Of a stretch of DNA of 64,000 bases, positions 22,413 through 33,017 are shown piece after piece. How positions within the stretch are numbered: position 1 is the stretch's first letter; each line of letters begins with the position of its first letter. The stretch lies in the NCBI GenBank assembly GCA_040766525.1, contig JAXGQI010000009.1, forward strand, positions 808-64,807. Reading direction: 5' to 3'. The translations under genes and the position numbers were made by a program. The DNA is from Clostridiales bacterium (lineage in GTDB: Bacteria > Bacillota > Dehalobacteriia > UBA7702). Under the pieces are notes generated by a model that made no database searches, was not told where the DNA came from, and worked only from the letters and a program-made list of their open reading frames with translations.

Positions 22413-23285
22413 ATGGCAAGTATGAGGGATATTCGACGGAGTATTCGCAGTATCCAAAGCACGGAGCAGATCACGAAAGCCATGAAAATGGTATCTGCCG
22501 CTAAACTGCGGAAAGCCCAGGCCCATGTCGTAGCAGCAAGACCTTATGCCGAGAAGATCCATGAAGTGCTTGGTGATCTCACGGCCAATACCGGCGACTA
22601 TGTCCATCCTCTCCAAGAGAAGCGGGACAGAAAGAAAGTTGCTTATGTATTGGTTAGCGGAGACCGGGGTCTTTGTGGCGGTTTTAATGCGAACATCATC
22701 AGAGAATGCGAAGCTTTGATGAAAGAAGTGCCGGTGGATACCGCACTGGTAGCAGTCGGAAGAAAAGGCCGTGACTATTTTGCCCGGCGGAAAAAGGAAA
22801 TGCTCGACGAATATATCGGCATCGATGATAATCCCACATTTACGCAGAGTAAGGAATTGTCCGACAAGCTGATTGAACTATATTTGAACGGCACCGTAGA
22901 TGAGATTCATCTTGTTTTTAATCAATTCCGTTCCGCTATGTCCCATATTCCCACCGACATCCAGCTTTTACCGATCGAAAAGGAAGAAGTGGAGAAAACG
23001 GAGGAAACAACGGAATCCTCGGGCGGAAATGATTATATCTTTGAGCCCTCTGAAGTGGAAGTTTTGGAAACACTTTTGCCCGCATATGTGGAAACCTTGG
23101 TTTATCGGGCACTTTTGGAATCCAAGGCCAGCGAGCACGGGGCCAGGATGACGGCGATGAGTTCCGCAACGGACAATGCCGCCGAAATCATCCAGTCGCT
23201 TACGCTTACCCTTAACCGGGCGCGGCAAGCGGCGATTACCACGGAAATTTCTGAAATTGTGGGTGGCGCCGCGGCGCTGCAATAA
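22413..23285 (+). CDS. atpG: F1 ATP synthase subunit gamma
   Basis: MASMRDIRRSIRSIQSTEQITKAMKMVSAAKLR at the N-terminus and ...ITTEISEIVGGAAAL at the C-terminus. Confidence 0.95.
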   Translation: MASMRDIRRSIRSIQSTEQITKAMKMVSAAKLRKAQAHVVAARPYAEKIHEVLGDLTANTGDYVHPLQEKRDRKKVAYVLVSGDRGLCGGFNANIIRECEALMKEVPVDTALVAVGRKGRDYFARRKKEMLDEYIGIDDNPTFTQSKELSDKLIELYLNGTVDEIHLVFNQFRSAMSHIPTDIQLLPIEKEEVEKTEETTESSGGNDYIFEPSEVEVLETLLPAYVETLVYRALLESKASEHGARMTAMSSATDNAAEIIQSLTLTLNRARQAAITTEISEIVGGAAALQ

Positions 23286-24743
<1,458 letters not shown>

Positions 24744-24744
24744 T

Positions 24745-25155
24745 ATGGCGGAAAAACAAATCTCTTTGGAAATCGTCAACCCGGAGAAAATTGTCTATAC
24801 TGCCGATGTGTATTCTATTGTTGCTCCCGGCGCCAATGGTCTTTGGGTGTTTTACCCGGCCACGCACCTCTCGTTACCCGGCTTGACGTCGGTGTGCTTG
24901 AGACGAAGGATGACAAAGGGGAGAGTTTCTGCGCTTTTATCGGCGGCGGTTTTATGGAAGTAATGAACAATAAAGCCGTTGTCCTGGCTACCGTAGCTGA
25001 AATGGCTTGCGATATCGATGTCGATAGAGCAAAAAAAGCGCGTGAAAGAGCGGAAGAACGCCTTTCCCAGCGGCAGTGGGGAAGTCGATGTGGCTCGAGC
25101 AGAAATGGCTTTGCGTAAAGCCTTGGCTCGCATCGACGCCGTTTCCAAAATCTGA
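24745..25155 (+). CDS. atpC: F1 ATP synthase subunit epsilon, interrupted by two single-base homopolymer indels
   Basis: The gene reads MAEKQISLEIVNPEKIVY..APGANG | LGVLPGHAPLVTRLDVGVLE..DRAKKARERAEERL.. | EVDVARAEMALRKALARIDAVSKI across three frames. The breaks are at T-run 24842-24844 and G-run 25078-25081. Confidence 0.85.
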
Positions 25156-25176
25156 AGGATCAGACAACGAAATCAA

Positions 25177-25216
25177 GGCTTTCTCAAGCGGAATCCCGCT
25201 GGAGAAAGCCTTTTTG
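25177..25216 (+). terminator. atp operon terminator
   Basis: GGCTTTCTC ... GAGAAAGCC followed by TTTTT. A second hairpin with a T6 tract lies at 25272-25298. Confidence 0.8.
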
Positions 25217-25345
25217 TTGAGAAGTGAAGCAAAGCAGCGGTTATAAAAGAATATTTGGTTTTTTATATTAGGGTCTGCTTTAACCAGCAGGCTTTTTTAG
25301 TGAGGATCCGAGGAAAATGATTGCAGCGAATTATTATTGTGTGTG

Positions 25346-25374
25346 TTGAAATTTTATACTAATATTGATACTAT
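25346..25374 (+). promoter_or_regulatory. candidate promoter of the DUF4209-like gene
   Basis: TTGAAA, a 17-nt spacer, then TACTAT, within an AT-rich spacer region. Confidence 0.35.
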
Positions 25375-25487
25375 TTATATAGGTGGTGAAAAGGTATGGG
25401 AGAATGAAATTTCGGATAGGTGTTCGTGTTTGTCGATGGTGTGCCCGCATGCGTATTGCGATCGGTTTTGGCGAAAGTGGAGGGAAA

Positions 25488-27332
25488 ATGATAGAAAATA
25501 ATATCATAGAAAAAATCGTTGCAATCCTAAAGGATCCTAAAAATAAAGGATATCGGGGCTATAATATTCAATTTTCAAAACTTGCCAAAAATGAAGATAA
25601 AGAGGGAAGGGAAATATTTAAGTTATTGGAAAAAGTCACTTCTTACAATTATTTGGAGGCAAGTACTTCAGATTCGAATGATGATCATATTATCACCGAG
25701 GAAATAGAAGAAAGAAATGATGACACCGAATCCCAAGTGCCTACCGTTTATGTGAAGGAATCTAGTTTGGATATGAACGCGCATTTTAGTCTCCTCAAGG
25801 AAATAGATAAAAGAATCGATGACGCCGAACTCCAATCTTGTATTGCGGATGTACTTTGGGAGCTAGATAATGATTGGGAATACGGGTTAAAGGCAGTAGA
25901 TCGGTATTTAGCTGCGTTCGAAGAACCCCGAAAATGGTTTTTAAAAATTGACTGCATGGAACGGGCATTGACGATCGCCAAGGAATTGCCGAAAACAGGC
26001 AAGCGCCGAGAGGTTGAGGATTGCATTCGAAAATCGATTAAAGAAATTCGAGAGTTCGATACTACCCATTTTACCGGAGATTTGATGCTATTATTTGGAG
26101 ATGAAAATGGGCGCTTTAAACGTGCGTATTTTGACCGAGCGTATATCGATATTATTGAGGATATTGTTAAAAAATCATGTGATTATTCTTTGATAAAGTT
26201 TTACTTGGAAATTGAAGCAGAATGGTATGGTGCGATAAAGGATAAAAACAATCAAAAGAAATCTTTGGAACGGATTGCGGAAATAGCGATTGAAAATGCA
26301 GCTATATATGAAAGAGCGGAAACAATAGATGGGAATGCGTGTGCGCAAATAAATAACAACTTTAACGAAACGGTGCAAAACTATAAAAAAACAGGTAATG
26401 CGGAGAAACGCAATCAATGTGCTCATAAAATTGATCATTACCAACGCATGCAGATGGGAGATATGAAGGAGGTTGTTGTTATGACAGAGGTACCGAAGCA
26501 ATTCAACATTGATCTGGAGAGGAAAACCTTTGCGGAAGCAATCAGAGCGATAGCCGACCTTGACGGATGGTATGATAAAGAAGAGATTGCAGATGAGGTT
26601 CTTCAAGGGAGTGGAAGCGGAATTTCGCAAGCTTTCACTACCTGTTTAAATATCAATGATTATGGCATGAAAGAATCAGAACAGCCCAATTTGTCACCTG
26701 AAGAAATTGAGGAACTTAAAAATAAAGAGAATGCATCTGGTGAGAGAGTGAAGGAACTGGAAAAGAAAAAGGAGCAGTGCATGTTTTCTAAAGTGAGGGA
26801 ATGGCATGAGTGTTTCGGCGCTATTCTCAAAACGATGCTTTCCAGTATTAGGGAGCGATATGATTTTACGGAAGAAGACCTTGATTTTCTATTTGAAAAC
26901 AATTGTTTTGTCCCGCAAGATCGGATCGGAATTTTCAGAAAAGGGATCTATCAAGGATTAAGAGGCGACTATATGCTTTCCTCTCATTTATTGGCGCCGC
27001 AGCTTGAAAATAGCTTGCGAGAGCTGGCACATTTCTATGGAAATAATACACTCCGAATTGCCGACAACGGATGCCAAGAAGAAATTCCCCTCGGTGAAGT
27101 ATTTACATTGCCGTATTTTCAAGGTGTTTTTAACCAGGATATTCTGTTTAATTTACGTTCCTTACTTACGGAAAAAGTTGGGAAGAATTTGAGAAATAAA
27201 ATCATGCATGGGCTCTTAGCAGATACAGATTTTGATCGGCCGAAACATGTCTATCTATGGTGGGCCGCATTGCGGTTATGTGTCGAAGAATTCCCCGGTT
27301 CCAATACGGACAGCAGCGAGATGGAGGCGTGA
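25488..27332 (+). CDS. DUF4209-like protein with C-terminal R-x4-H (HEPN-like) motif; orphan AT-rich gene
   Basis: The likely start is MIENNII, after GGAGGG; the ORF-track start at 25383 is probably leader sequence. The C-terminus ..LLAPQLENSLRELAH..LTEKVGKNLRNKIMHGLL.. matches my recollection of Pfam DUF4209. The N-terminal ~450 aa is helical with a coiled coil (EIEELKNKENASGERVKELEKKKEQ). Composition is visibly lower in GC than the neighbouring genes. Confidence 0.6.
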   Translation: MIENNIIEKIVAILKDPKNKGYRGYNIQFSKLAKNEDKEGREIFKLLEKVTSYNYLEASTSDSNDDHIITEEIEERNDDTESQVPTVYVKESSLDMNAHFSLLKEIDKRIDDAELQSCIADVLWELDNDWEYGLKAVDRYLAAFEEPRKWFLKIDCMERALTIAKELPKTGKRREVEDCIRKSIKEIREFDTTHFTGDLMLLFGDENGRFKRAYFDRAYIDIIEDIVKKSCDYSLIKFYLEIEAEWYGAIKDKNNQKKSLERIAEIAIENAAIYERAETIDGNACAQINNNFNETVQNYKKTGNAEKRNQCAHKIDHYQRMQMGDMKEVVVMTEVPKQFNIDLERKTFAEAIRAIADLDGWYDKEEIADEVLQGSGSGISQAFTTCLNINDYGMKESEQPNLSPEEIEELKNKENASGERVKELEKKKEQCMFSKVREWHECFGAILKTMLSSIRERYDFTEEDLDFLFENNCFVPQDRIGIFRKGIYQGLRGDYMLSSHLLAPQLENSLRELAHFYGNNTLRIADNGCQEEIPLGEVFTLPYFQGVFNQDILFNLRSLLTEKVGKNLRNKIMHGLLADTDFDRPKHVYLWWAALRLCVEEFPGSNTDSSEMEA

Positions 27333-27465
27333 ATTTGGGGAAAGAAGAGTTGTCAGCAAACGCAAACCTTCCCATAAAAAAATATGGCGGGGCTTGCATA
27401 AAGTATCCAAGTTTTGGTAATCCTACTCCTAAAGAAAGGTGACAAGCCTTTTAGGAGGGGAAATC

Positions 27466-28245
27466 ATGAAAAGAAAAAAACTGCTCCAATATGGATTGAT
27501 GGCTTTGGTACTGCTGCTTCTGGGGGTGGCCGGATATTTTGCGGTTCGTCCTGCGGAAGATATCGCTTCTAAAACAGTGGAAGCTCCTTTTATCGCTGCT
27601 TTTAATGCCAGCGGCGCTGATTTCAGAGAGGTATCGGTTCAAGCCTGGGTGAAGACGGACGGCACTTTCCATACTGCCGATGAATTGGGGGCGATCTATC
27701 AGACGATCGCGCCGACGATCGAGCCTTCTCCCGAAGAAGACTATTTGAGAGAAGATTATAATGATGAGAATTATACCAGCATCACCTTGAACGGGAAGAC
27801 GGTCGATGGCTACCAGTTGGAATTTGTTTTACAGAGTATCAAAGACGATTATGAAGAAGATGAGACCTATCTCATCATTAAATTGACGGAAACGAGCGAT
27901 TATCAGAAGGTGGAGGCCTTGGAAGAAAAGGTTTTGGAGATCTTCCTGTGTATCGGAGCGGAGCCGGAGATGAACACCCTCCTGACCGCCGGATATGATG
28001 AAGTATTGAGTAAGCGTGAAAAACGAAATCTGGCGGAAACGATCTATGAAGCCGCCGGGGCCACCATTGTAGAAGGTGTGGAGGAAAAGAATTACTTGAG
28101 CAAAAGCGGCTATGTCAGCGGTATGCGGCGCAGTGTGGAAAGTAATGGAAAAGAGATCAATTTGCAGTTGGCGCTTCTCGACAATGAAGTGGACGGGGAA
28201 ACCTGGCTTTATCTCGGCACGCCGCTGGTATTTTCGGAGTATTAA
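27466..28245 (+). CDS. ywmB: YwmB-like (DUF1779, 'TATA-box binding') membrane-anchored protein
   Basis: MKRKKLLQYGLMALVLLLLGV forms a signal anchor. The position downstream of atpC matches B. subtilis atpC-ywmB. The family call rests mainly on synteny. Confidence 0.45.
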   Translation: MKRKKLLQYGLMALVLLLLGVAGYFAVRPAEDIASKTVEAPFIAAFNASGADFREVSVQAWVKTDGTFHTADELGAIYQTIAPTIEPSPEEDYLREDYNDENYTSITLNGKTVDGYQLEFVLQSIKDDYEEDETYLIIKLTETSDYQKVEALEEKVLEIFLCIGAEPEMNTLLTAGYDEVLSKREKRNLAETIYEAAGATIVEGVEEKNYLSKSGYVSGMRRSVESNGKEINLQLALLDNEVDGETWLYLGTPLVFSEY

Positions 28246-28390
28246 GGGAGCACTATAAAGAGAACGAGAACGAATTTCCTGAGTCTTGGAAAAGAATATG
28301 AAGAACGGCACGCCGTTTCAGTCTGTCGAGAAACCCTCGTTTTCACACAGAATATGAGACTGCCAAGAAAGGGTTTAGAGCAAGGCGCAG

Positions 28391-28444
28391 AAAAACCGCA
28401 GGACGCGACGTGTACATAGGCGTACATGAGCGGTCTGCGGTTTT
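28391..28444 (+). terminator. long composite hairpin (family member R2) after the ywmB-like gene
   Basis: AAAACCGCAG ... TGTACATAGGCGTACA ... CTGCGGTTTT. A second hairpin with a T9 tract (AGAACGGC..GCCGTTCT) follows at ~28483-28512. Confidence 0.5.
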
Positions 28445-28611
28445 GCTGGAACACAGCTATAAGCATTTTATTGACAGTCTCAGAACGGCAAATCGCCGTT
28501 CTTTTTTTTGCATATTTTAGGGCATCCTATCATAATCATTTTGAATCCGGGAGAAAATGAGTGAAGAGGTAAAATCAGACGATAATATTTCGTATCCGTG
28601 TGAGGTAAAAG

Positions 28612-30189
28612 ATGAACCGATGGCAAGACTTTAGAGAACGGGTATTTTATGATCAACACACCGGGTTGACCTTGGATTTAAGCGGAATTGATACGTTCCC
28701 TCTTCTGGAAGACAAAATGAAGACGGTATTTGCCAATATGGATGCTTTGGAGATGGGGGCCATCGCCAATCGTGATGAGAACCGCATGGTGGGCCATTAT
28801 TGGCTCAGAGATCCCGATTTGGCACCGACTTTTGCTATCGCCGAGGAAATAAGGCAGGCGAAGGCCGAGATACTCTCTTTTGCCCGGCAAGTGCATGAAG
28901 AAGGCATTTTCCAAAATCTACTCCTGATCGGCATTGGCGGTTCCAGTTTGGGCCCGGCTTTTGTCGCCGATGCTCTTTCTAAAGGGAAAGAGGACCGCAT
29001 GCGCTTATTTTTATTGGATAATACGGACCCGGACGGCATGGATCGGATTTTCTCCGCTTTGGAGGGGCAATGGGAAGAGACTTTGGTCCTTGTGATCTCA
29101 AAAAGCGGCGGCACCGTTGAAACCCGCAATGGGATGGAAGAGACAAAAGCCCGCTATCACAATGTAACTCTTTCCTTTCCTGAACATGCCGTTGCCATAA
29201 CGATGAAAGACAGCGCTTTGGACCGCTTGCGGGAAAAAGAACATTGGTTGAAGTCCTTTCCGCTTTGGGATTGGGTGGGGGGGCGTACTTCCGTTCTTTC
29301 CCCGGTGGGGCTGTTGCCCCTGGCATTGCTTGGCGCGGATATCGACGGTCTTTTGGCCGGAGCGGCAGCTTCCGACAGGGTTACCCGCCAAAAAGCCGTA
29401 GGGCAAAATCCGGCGGCTTTATTGGCCTTGGCATGGCATCATTTGACCGGCGGCAAAGGCGGCAAAGAGATGGTGATTCTCCCGTATAAAGACCGTTTAT
29501 CCCTCTTTTCTCGCTATTTGCAGCAATTGGTGATGGAGTCTTTAGGGAAGGAAGAGGACCGGAAAGGGAACAAAGTCGATCAGGGCATCGCCGTTTTCGG
29601 CAATAAGGGCGCAACGGATCAGCATTCCTATGTGCAGCAATTATTGGCGGGCCCGGCCAACTTTTTCATCGTTTTTCTGGAAGTCTTGGCGGGAAGAGCC
29701 GGAGATTCCCCCATTGTAGGGGAAGAGAGCACCAGTGGTGATTATTTGGAAGCCTTTCTCCTGGGGACAGGTCGCGCTTTGGCAGCGCAAAGGAAAGACG
29801 CCATTACGATTACCATCCCGCAAATCGATGGTTACCATATCGGTGTATTATTGGCTTTGTTTGAACGAACGGTGGGATACTACGCCGATCTGACGGATAT
29901 CAACGCTTATCACCAACCGGCGGTAGAGATGGGGAAAAAGAGCGCCGGGCTGATGATCGAGTTGAAAAATCAATTGGTGGATTTTTTGGAAGCGAGAAGA
30001 GGCTGCTCTTATACTGCTCCGGAATTAGCGGGGCTTTTGCAAAAAGAAAATGCGCTTTCCCCTCTACTGGAGAGAGAGGAAGCGCCATATTATATCTTTA
30101 GGATCTTGCGCTATTTAGCGGCCAATCAGGATGGGATCGATAGCGAGATCGGGGAGAAATTCATTGATACCCGATTCTATTGCCATTAA
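28612..30189 (+). CDS. pgi: glucose-6-phosphate isomerase
   Basis: IGIGGSSLGP, ISKSGGTVETRN, QHSYVQQL. Length is 525 aa. Confidence 0.9.
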   Translation: MNRWQDFRERVFYDQHTGLTLDLSGIDTFPLLEDKMKTVFANMDALEMGAIANRDENRMVGHYWLRDPDLAPTFAIAEEIRQAKAEILSFARQVHEEGIFQNLLLIGIGGSSLGPAFVADALSKGKEDRMRLFLLDNTDPDGMDRIFSALEGQWEETLVLVISKSGGTVETRNGMEETKARYHNVTLSFPEHAVAITMKDSALDRLREKEHWLKSFPLWDWVGGRTSVLSPVGLLPLALLGADIDGLLAGAAASDRVTRQKAVGQNPAALLALAWHHLTGGKGGKEMVILPYKDRLSLFSRYLQQLVMESLGKEEDRKGNKVDQGIAVFGNKGATDQHSYVQQLLAGPANFFIVFLEVLAGRAGDSPIVGEESTSGDYLEAFLLGTGRALAAQRKDAITITIPQIDGYHIGVLLALFERTVGYYADLTDINAYHQPAVEMGKKSAGLMIELKNQLVDFLEARRGCSYTAPELAGLLQKENALSPLLEREEAPYYIFRILRYLAANQDGIDSEIGEKFIDTRFYCH

Positions 30190-31133
30190 ACTCTCTGATG
30201 TTTCAGGGCCGCCGCCCCAAAAAGCACGCTGTCTTGATTGGTGATGATGTGGATGGGAACCGCTTCCAAAAAGGAGCGGTAGCGGCCTTTGGCGAGAAAT
30301 GCTTCCCTAAATTCGTCATCGTCCAGAAAAGCGGCGATCTGGGGCACAATACCGCCGCCGATATAGGCGCCGCCCAAGGCTAATGTGCGTAGAGCGAGGT
30401 TACCGGCTTCCGCTCCCAAGACTTGGCGGAATATGGTTAGGGCATGAAGGCAGAGAGGGTCGTTCCCCATCAGCGCTAAGCGGCTGATCATATTGGCGTC
30501 CAGCACGGAACCGATCCTTCCTTCCATAAAACTGAGGAAGCGATGGAGATCCGAAAGTCCCGGGCCGGAAAGGATCCGCTCATAACTCACATGATCGTAG
30601 CGCTCCGTTAAAAAGCGGTAGAGCGCCCATTGTTCTCCGGTTTGCGGCGCGAAATCCCCGTGTCCTCCTTCGGAGGGGCAAGGGATTCGGCCTTCCAGTA
30701 ATGACGCTTCGCCGAGGCCGGTACCGGGAGCGATGACCGCCCTGGTTCCTTTCGTTTTGGCTTCCCCCTTTTTTATGGTTCGATAATCTTTCTCGGTTAA
30801 GAAGGGAAGGGCAGCGGCGTGAGCTTCACCATCATTATGAAAGGTGAGAGAGGGGATCAACGGCAGTTTGGTTTGCAATGCCTCATATGCTATCGTAAAG
30901 GGCAGATTTGTGAGTTTAACGCCGGTTTCTCCTTTTGTTCCCGCGCAACAAAGGGCGGCGCCGGTGATTTTCTCTTCCGGTCCTTCTTCGAGGAAGGAAA
31001 TGATCCAGTCTGCCAATGCTTCGACGCCCCGACTGTCATACTCTTTGCGGCAGCATAACTTTGGCTGGGCGTCTTCCCATTGCCAAAGGGCAAGGCGTGT
31101 ACGGGTCCCGCCGATATCTCCGGTCAAAATCAT
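30186..31133 (-). CDS. glk: glucokinase (Glk family)
   Basis: The N-terminus LTGDIGGTRTRLAL and an ASKHA fold. Length is 315 aa. It is convergent with pgi, and the two genes overlap by 4 nt at their 3' ends. Confidence 0.85.
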   Translation of the reverse strand: MILTGDIGGTRTRLALWQWEDAQPKLCCRKEYDSRGVEALADWIISFLEEGPEEKITGAALCCAGTKGETGVKLTNLPFTIAYEALQTKLPLIPSLTFHNDGEAHAAALPFLTEKDYRTIKKGEAKTKGTRAVIAPGTGLGEASLLEGRIPCPSEGGHGDFAPQTGEQWALYRFLTERYDHVSYERILSGPGLSDLHRFLSFMEGRIGSVLDANMISRLALMGNDPLCLHALTIFRQVLGAEAGNLALRTLALGGAYIGGGIVPQIAAFLDDDEFREAFLAKGRYRSFLEAVPIHIITNQDSVLFGAAALKHQRV

Positions 31134-31224
31134 AGTTGAGCCTCCTAATTTGGATCGATTGCCTGGAAAGATGTTTACATTATATTAGCCCCCATAGGGA
31201 AAATCAAGGGAATGAGGTGTTGTT

Positions 31225-32957
31225 ATGGTCAGCCAAACGGTGCAGGCAAAATATTGGGAATGGACGCATGACCCTTATTTCTCAAAAGAGACCAGGGAAG
31301 AATTACTGCGGTTGCAAGATCCAAAGGAGATCGAAGACCGTTTTTATTGCGATTTGGAGTTCGGTACCGGCGGGATGCGGGGTATCCTTGGGGCCGGGAC
31401 CAATCGGATGAATATCTATATGATCCGCCGCCTGGCCCAGGGCTTGGCTGATGTGATTACGACGGAGGGAACAACGGAAAAGGGGTTGCGATCGCCTATG
31501 ATTCCCGCCGCTTTTCCGCGGAATTTGCATTGGAAACCGCCTTGGTCTTAGCGGCCAACGGCATCAAAGCATATCTCTTTGACCGTTTGCGGCCAACGCC
31601 GGAACTCTCTTTTGCGGTGCGTTATCGGAAGGCGGCGGCGGGGGTCATCATCACCGCCAGCCATAATCCGAAGGAATATAACGGCTTCAAAGTCTATTGG
31701 CAAGACGGCGGCCAGATCGCGCCGGAAAAGGCAGATGAAATCGTGGCGGCGATCAAGAAGCGGGATGCGTGGGTGATCCTACCCCTTTCCGAAAAGGAAG
31801 CGAGAGAAAGGGGACTCCTATGTTTCATCGGCGAAGAGGTGGATCGCGCTTATTTGCAAGCGGTTAAAGAACAGTTCATCAATGCGTCTTTGATTCGTGA
31901 AAGAGGGGATCAAGTTAAGATCGTTTATACGCCGCTCCATGGCAGCGGCGGCGAACTCGTGATGCGTATTATGGCGGAGCTTGGTTTTTCGAATACGATG
32001 ATCGTCGAAGAACAGGCGAAGCCCGATGGGGAATTCCCTACCGTCGTCGTCCCTAACCCGGAAGAAGACGCTGCTTTCGCCCTGGCTTTAAAAAAAGCGC
32101 AAGAGACCGGCGCCGATCTTGTAGCCGCTTCTGATCCCGACGCGGATCGGGTGGGGATCTACTGTAAGAAGGAAGACGGGGCCTACCGGCGTTTGAACGG
32201 TAATGAGGTCGGCGTGCTGATGGCGTATTATTTACTTTCTCTACGCAAAAGAAATGATATGCTCCCCCAAGACGGACGAATCATTAAAAGTGTCGTCTCG
32301 ACGGCTTTAGCAGAAAAAATTGCTGCGGATTTCGGGGTCGAACTCGTCGCTGTGCCGGTGGGCTTTAAATTCATCGGTGAAAAAATCAAAGAGATGGAAA
32401 TAAGCGGGAAGGGGAGCTTCCTTTGGGGTTTTGAGGAGAGTTTAGGCTATTTGACCGGTACCTATGCGAGAGATAAAGACGCAGTGTTGGCCACAGCCCT
32501 CATCGCCGAAGCGGCGCTGTATTATAAACTTGTGGCCGGGAAAACTTTAGCCGCTGTGATGGAGGAACTCTACCATAAATACGGTTATTATCTTGATGAC
32601 CAGGTTGCTTTGACTTTGCGTGGTAAGGATGGCCGAGAGCGGATCGCTGCGCTGATGACGCAGCTCCGGCAAGAGACGCGGCCGGAGATCGCTGGCATTC
32701 GCGTAGCGGAAATGACGGATTATCGGACCGGCATCACGGTTACAGCGGGAAAGAAAAGCGCTTTGGTTTTTCCGAAAGTCGATATCTTGCGCTTCACTTT
32801 GGCAGACGGCGGCTTCATCATGGCACGGCCTTCGGGAACGGAGCCGAAGATTCGGTTCTATTTCTGTATCGCCGGGGAAAATGAGGAAGCGGCCCGAAAA
32901 AATCTTGAGCAAGTAAAGAAGGACTTCTTTTCCCCTTATCAATCCCTGATCCGGTGA
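31225..32957 (+). CDS. pgcA: phosphoglucomutase/phosphomannomutase (PgcA-like), one homopolymer frameshift near 31478-31485
   Basis: GTGGMRG in the first frame. After the shift: active-site TASHNPKEYNGFKVY, metal loop SDPDADR, GFEESLGY and RPSGTEPKIRFY. Confidence 0.85.
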
Positions 32958-33017
32958 GGATCGGCGTTTTTTAGTATACTTTCCTTTTCGGCGCATAAGA
33001 TAGGGGGAGGTGATTTT

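Noticed and set aside
25383-25487. N-terminal extension of the DUF4209-like ORF (MVKRYGRMKFRIGVRVCRWCARMRIAIGFGESGGK)
   Set aside because: It has no RBS at 25383. The extension is Arg/Cys-rich and unlike the rest of the protein, whereas ATG 25488 follows GGAGGG at good spacing. It is probably 5' UTR.
28246-28611. Possible small gene or ncRNA in the ywmB-pgi spacer (74 aa minus-strand ORF 28242..28466)
   Set aside because: The ORF is made of hairpin and terminator sequences (R2 plus a second T9 terminator) and has no RBS. The region is adequately explained as tandem terminators plus the pgi promoter region.
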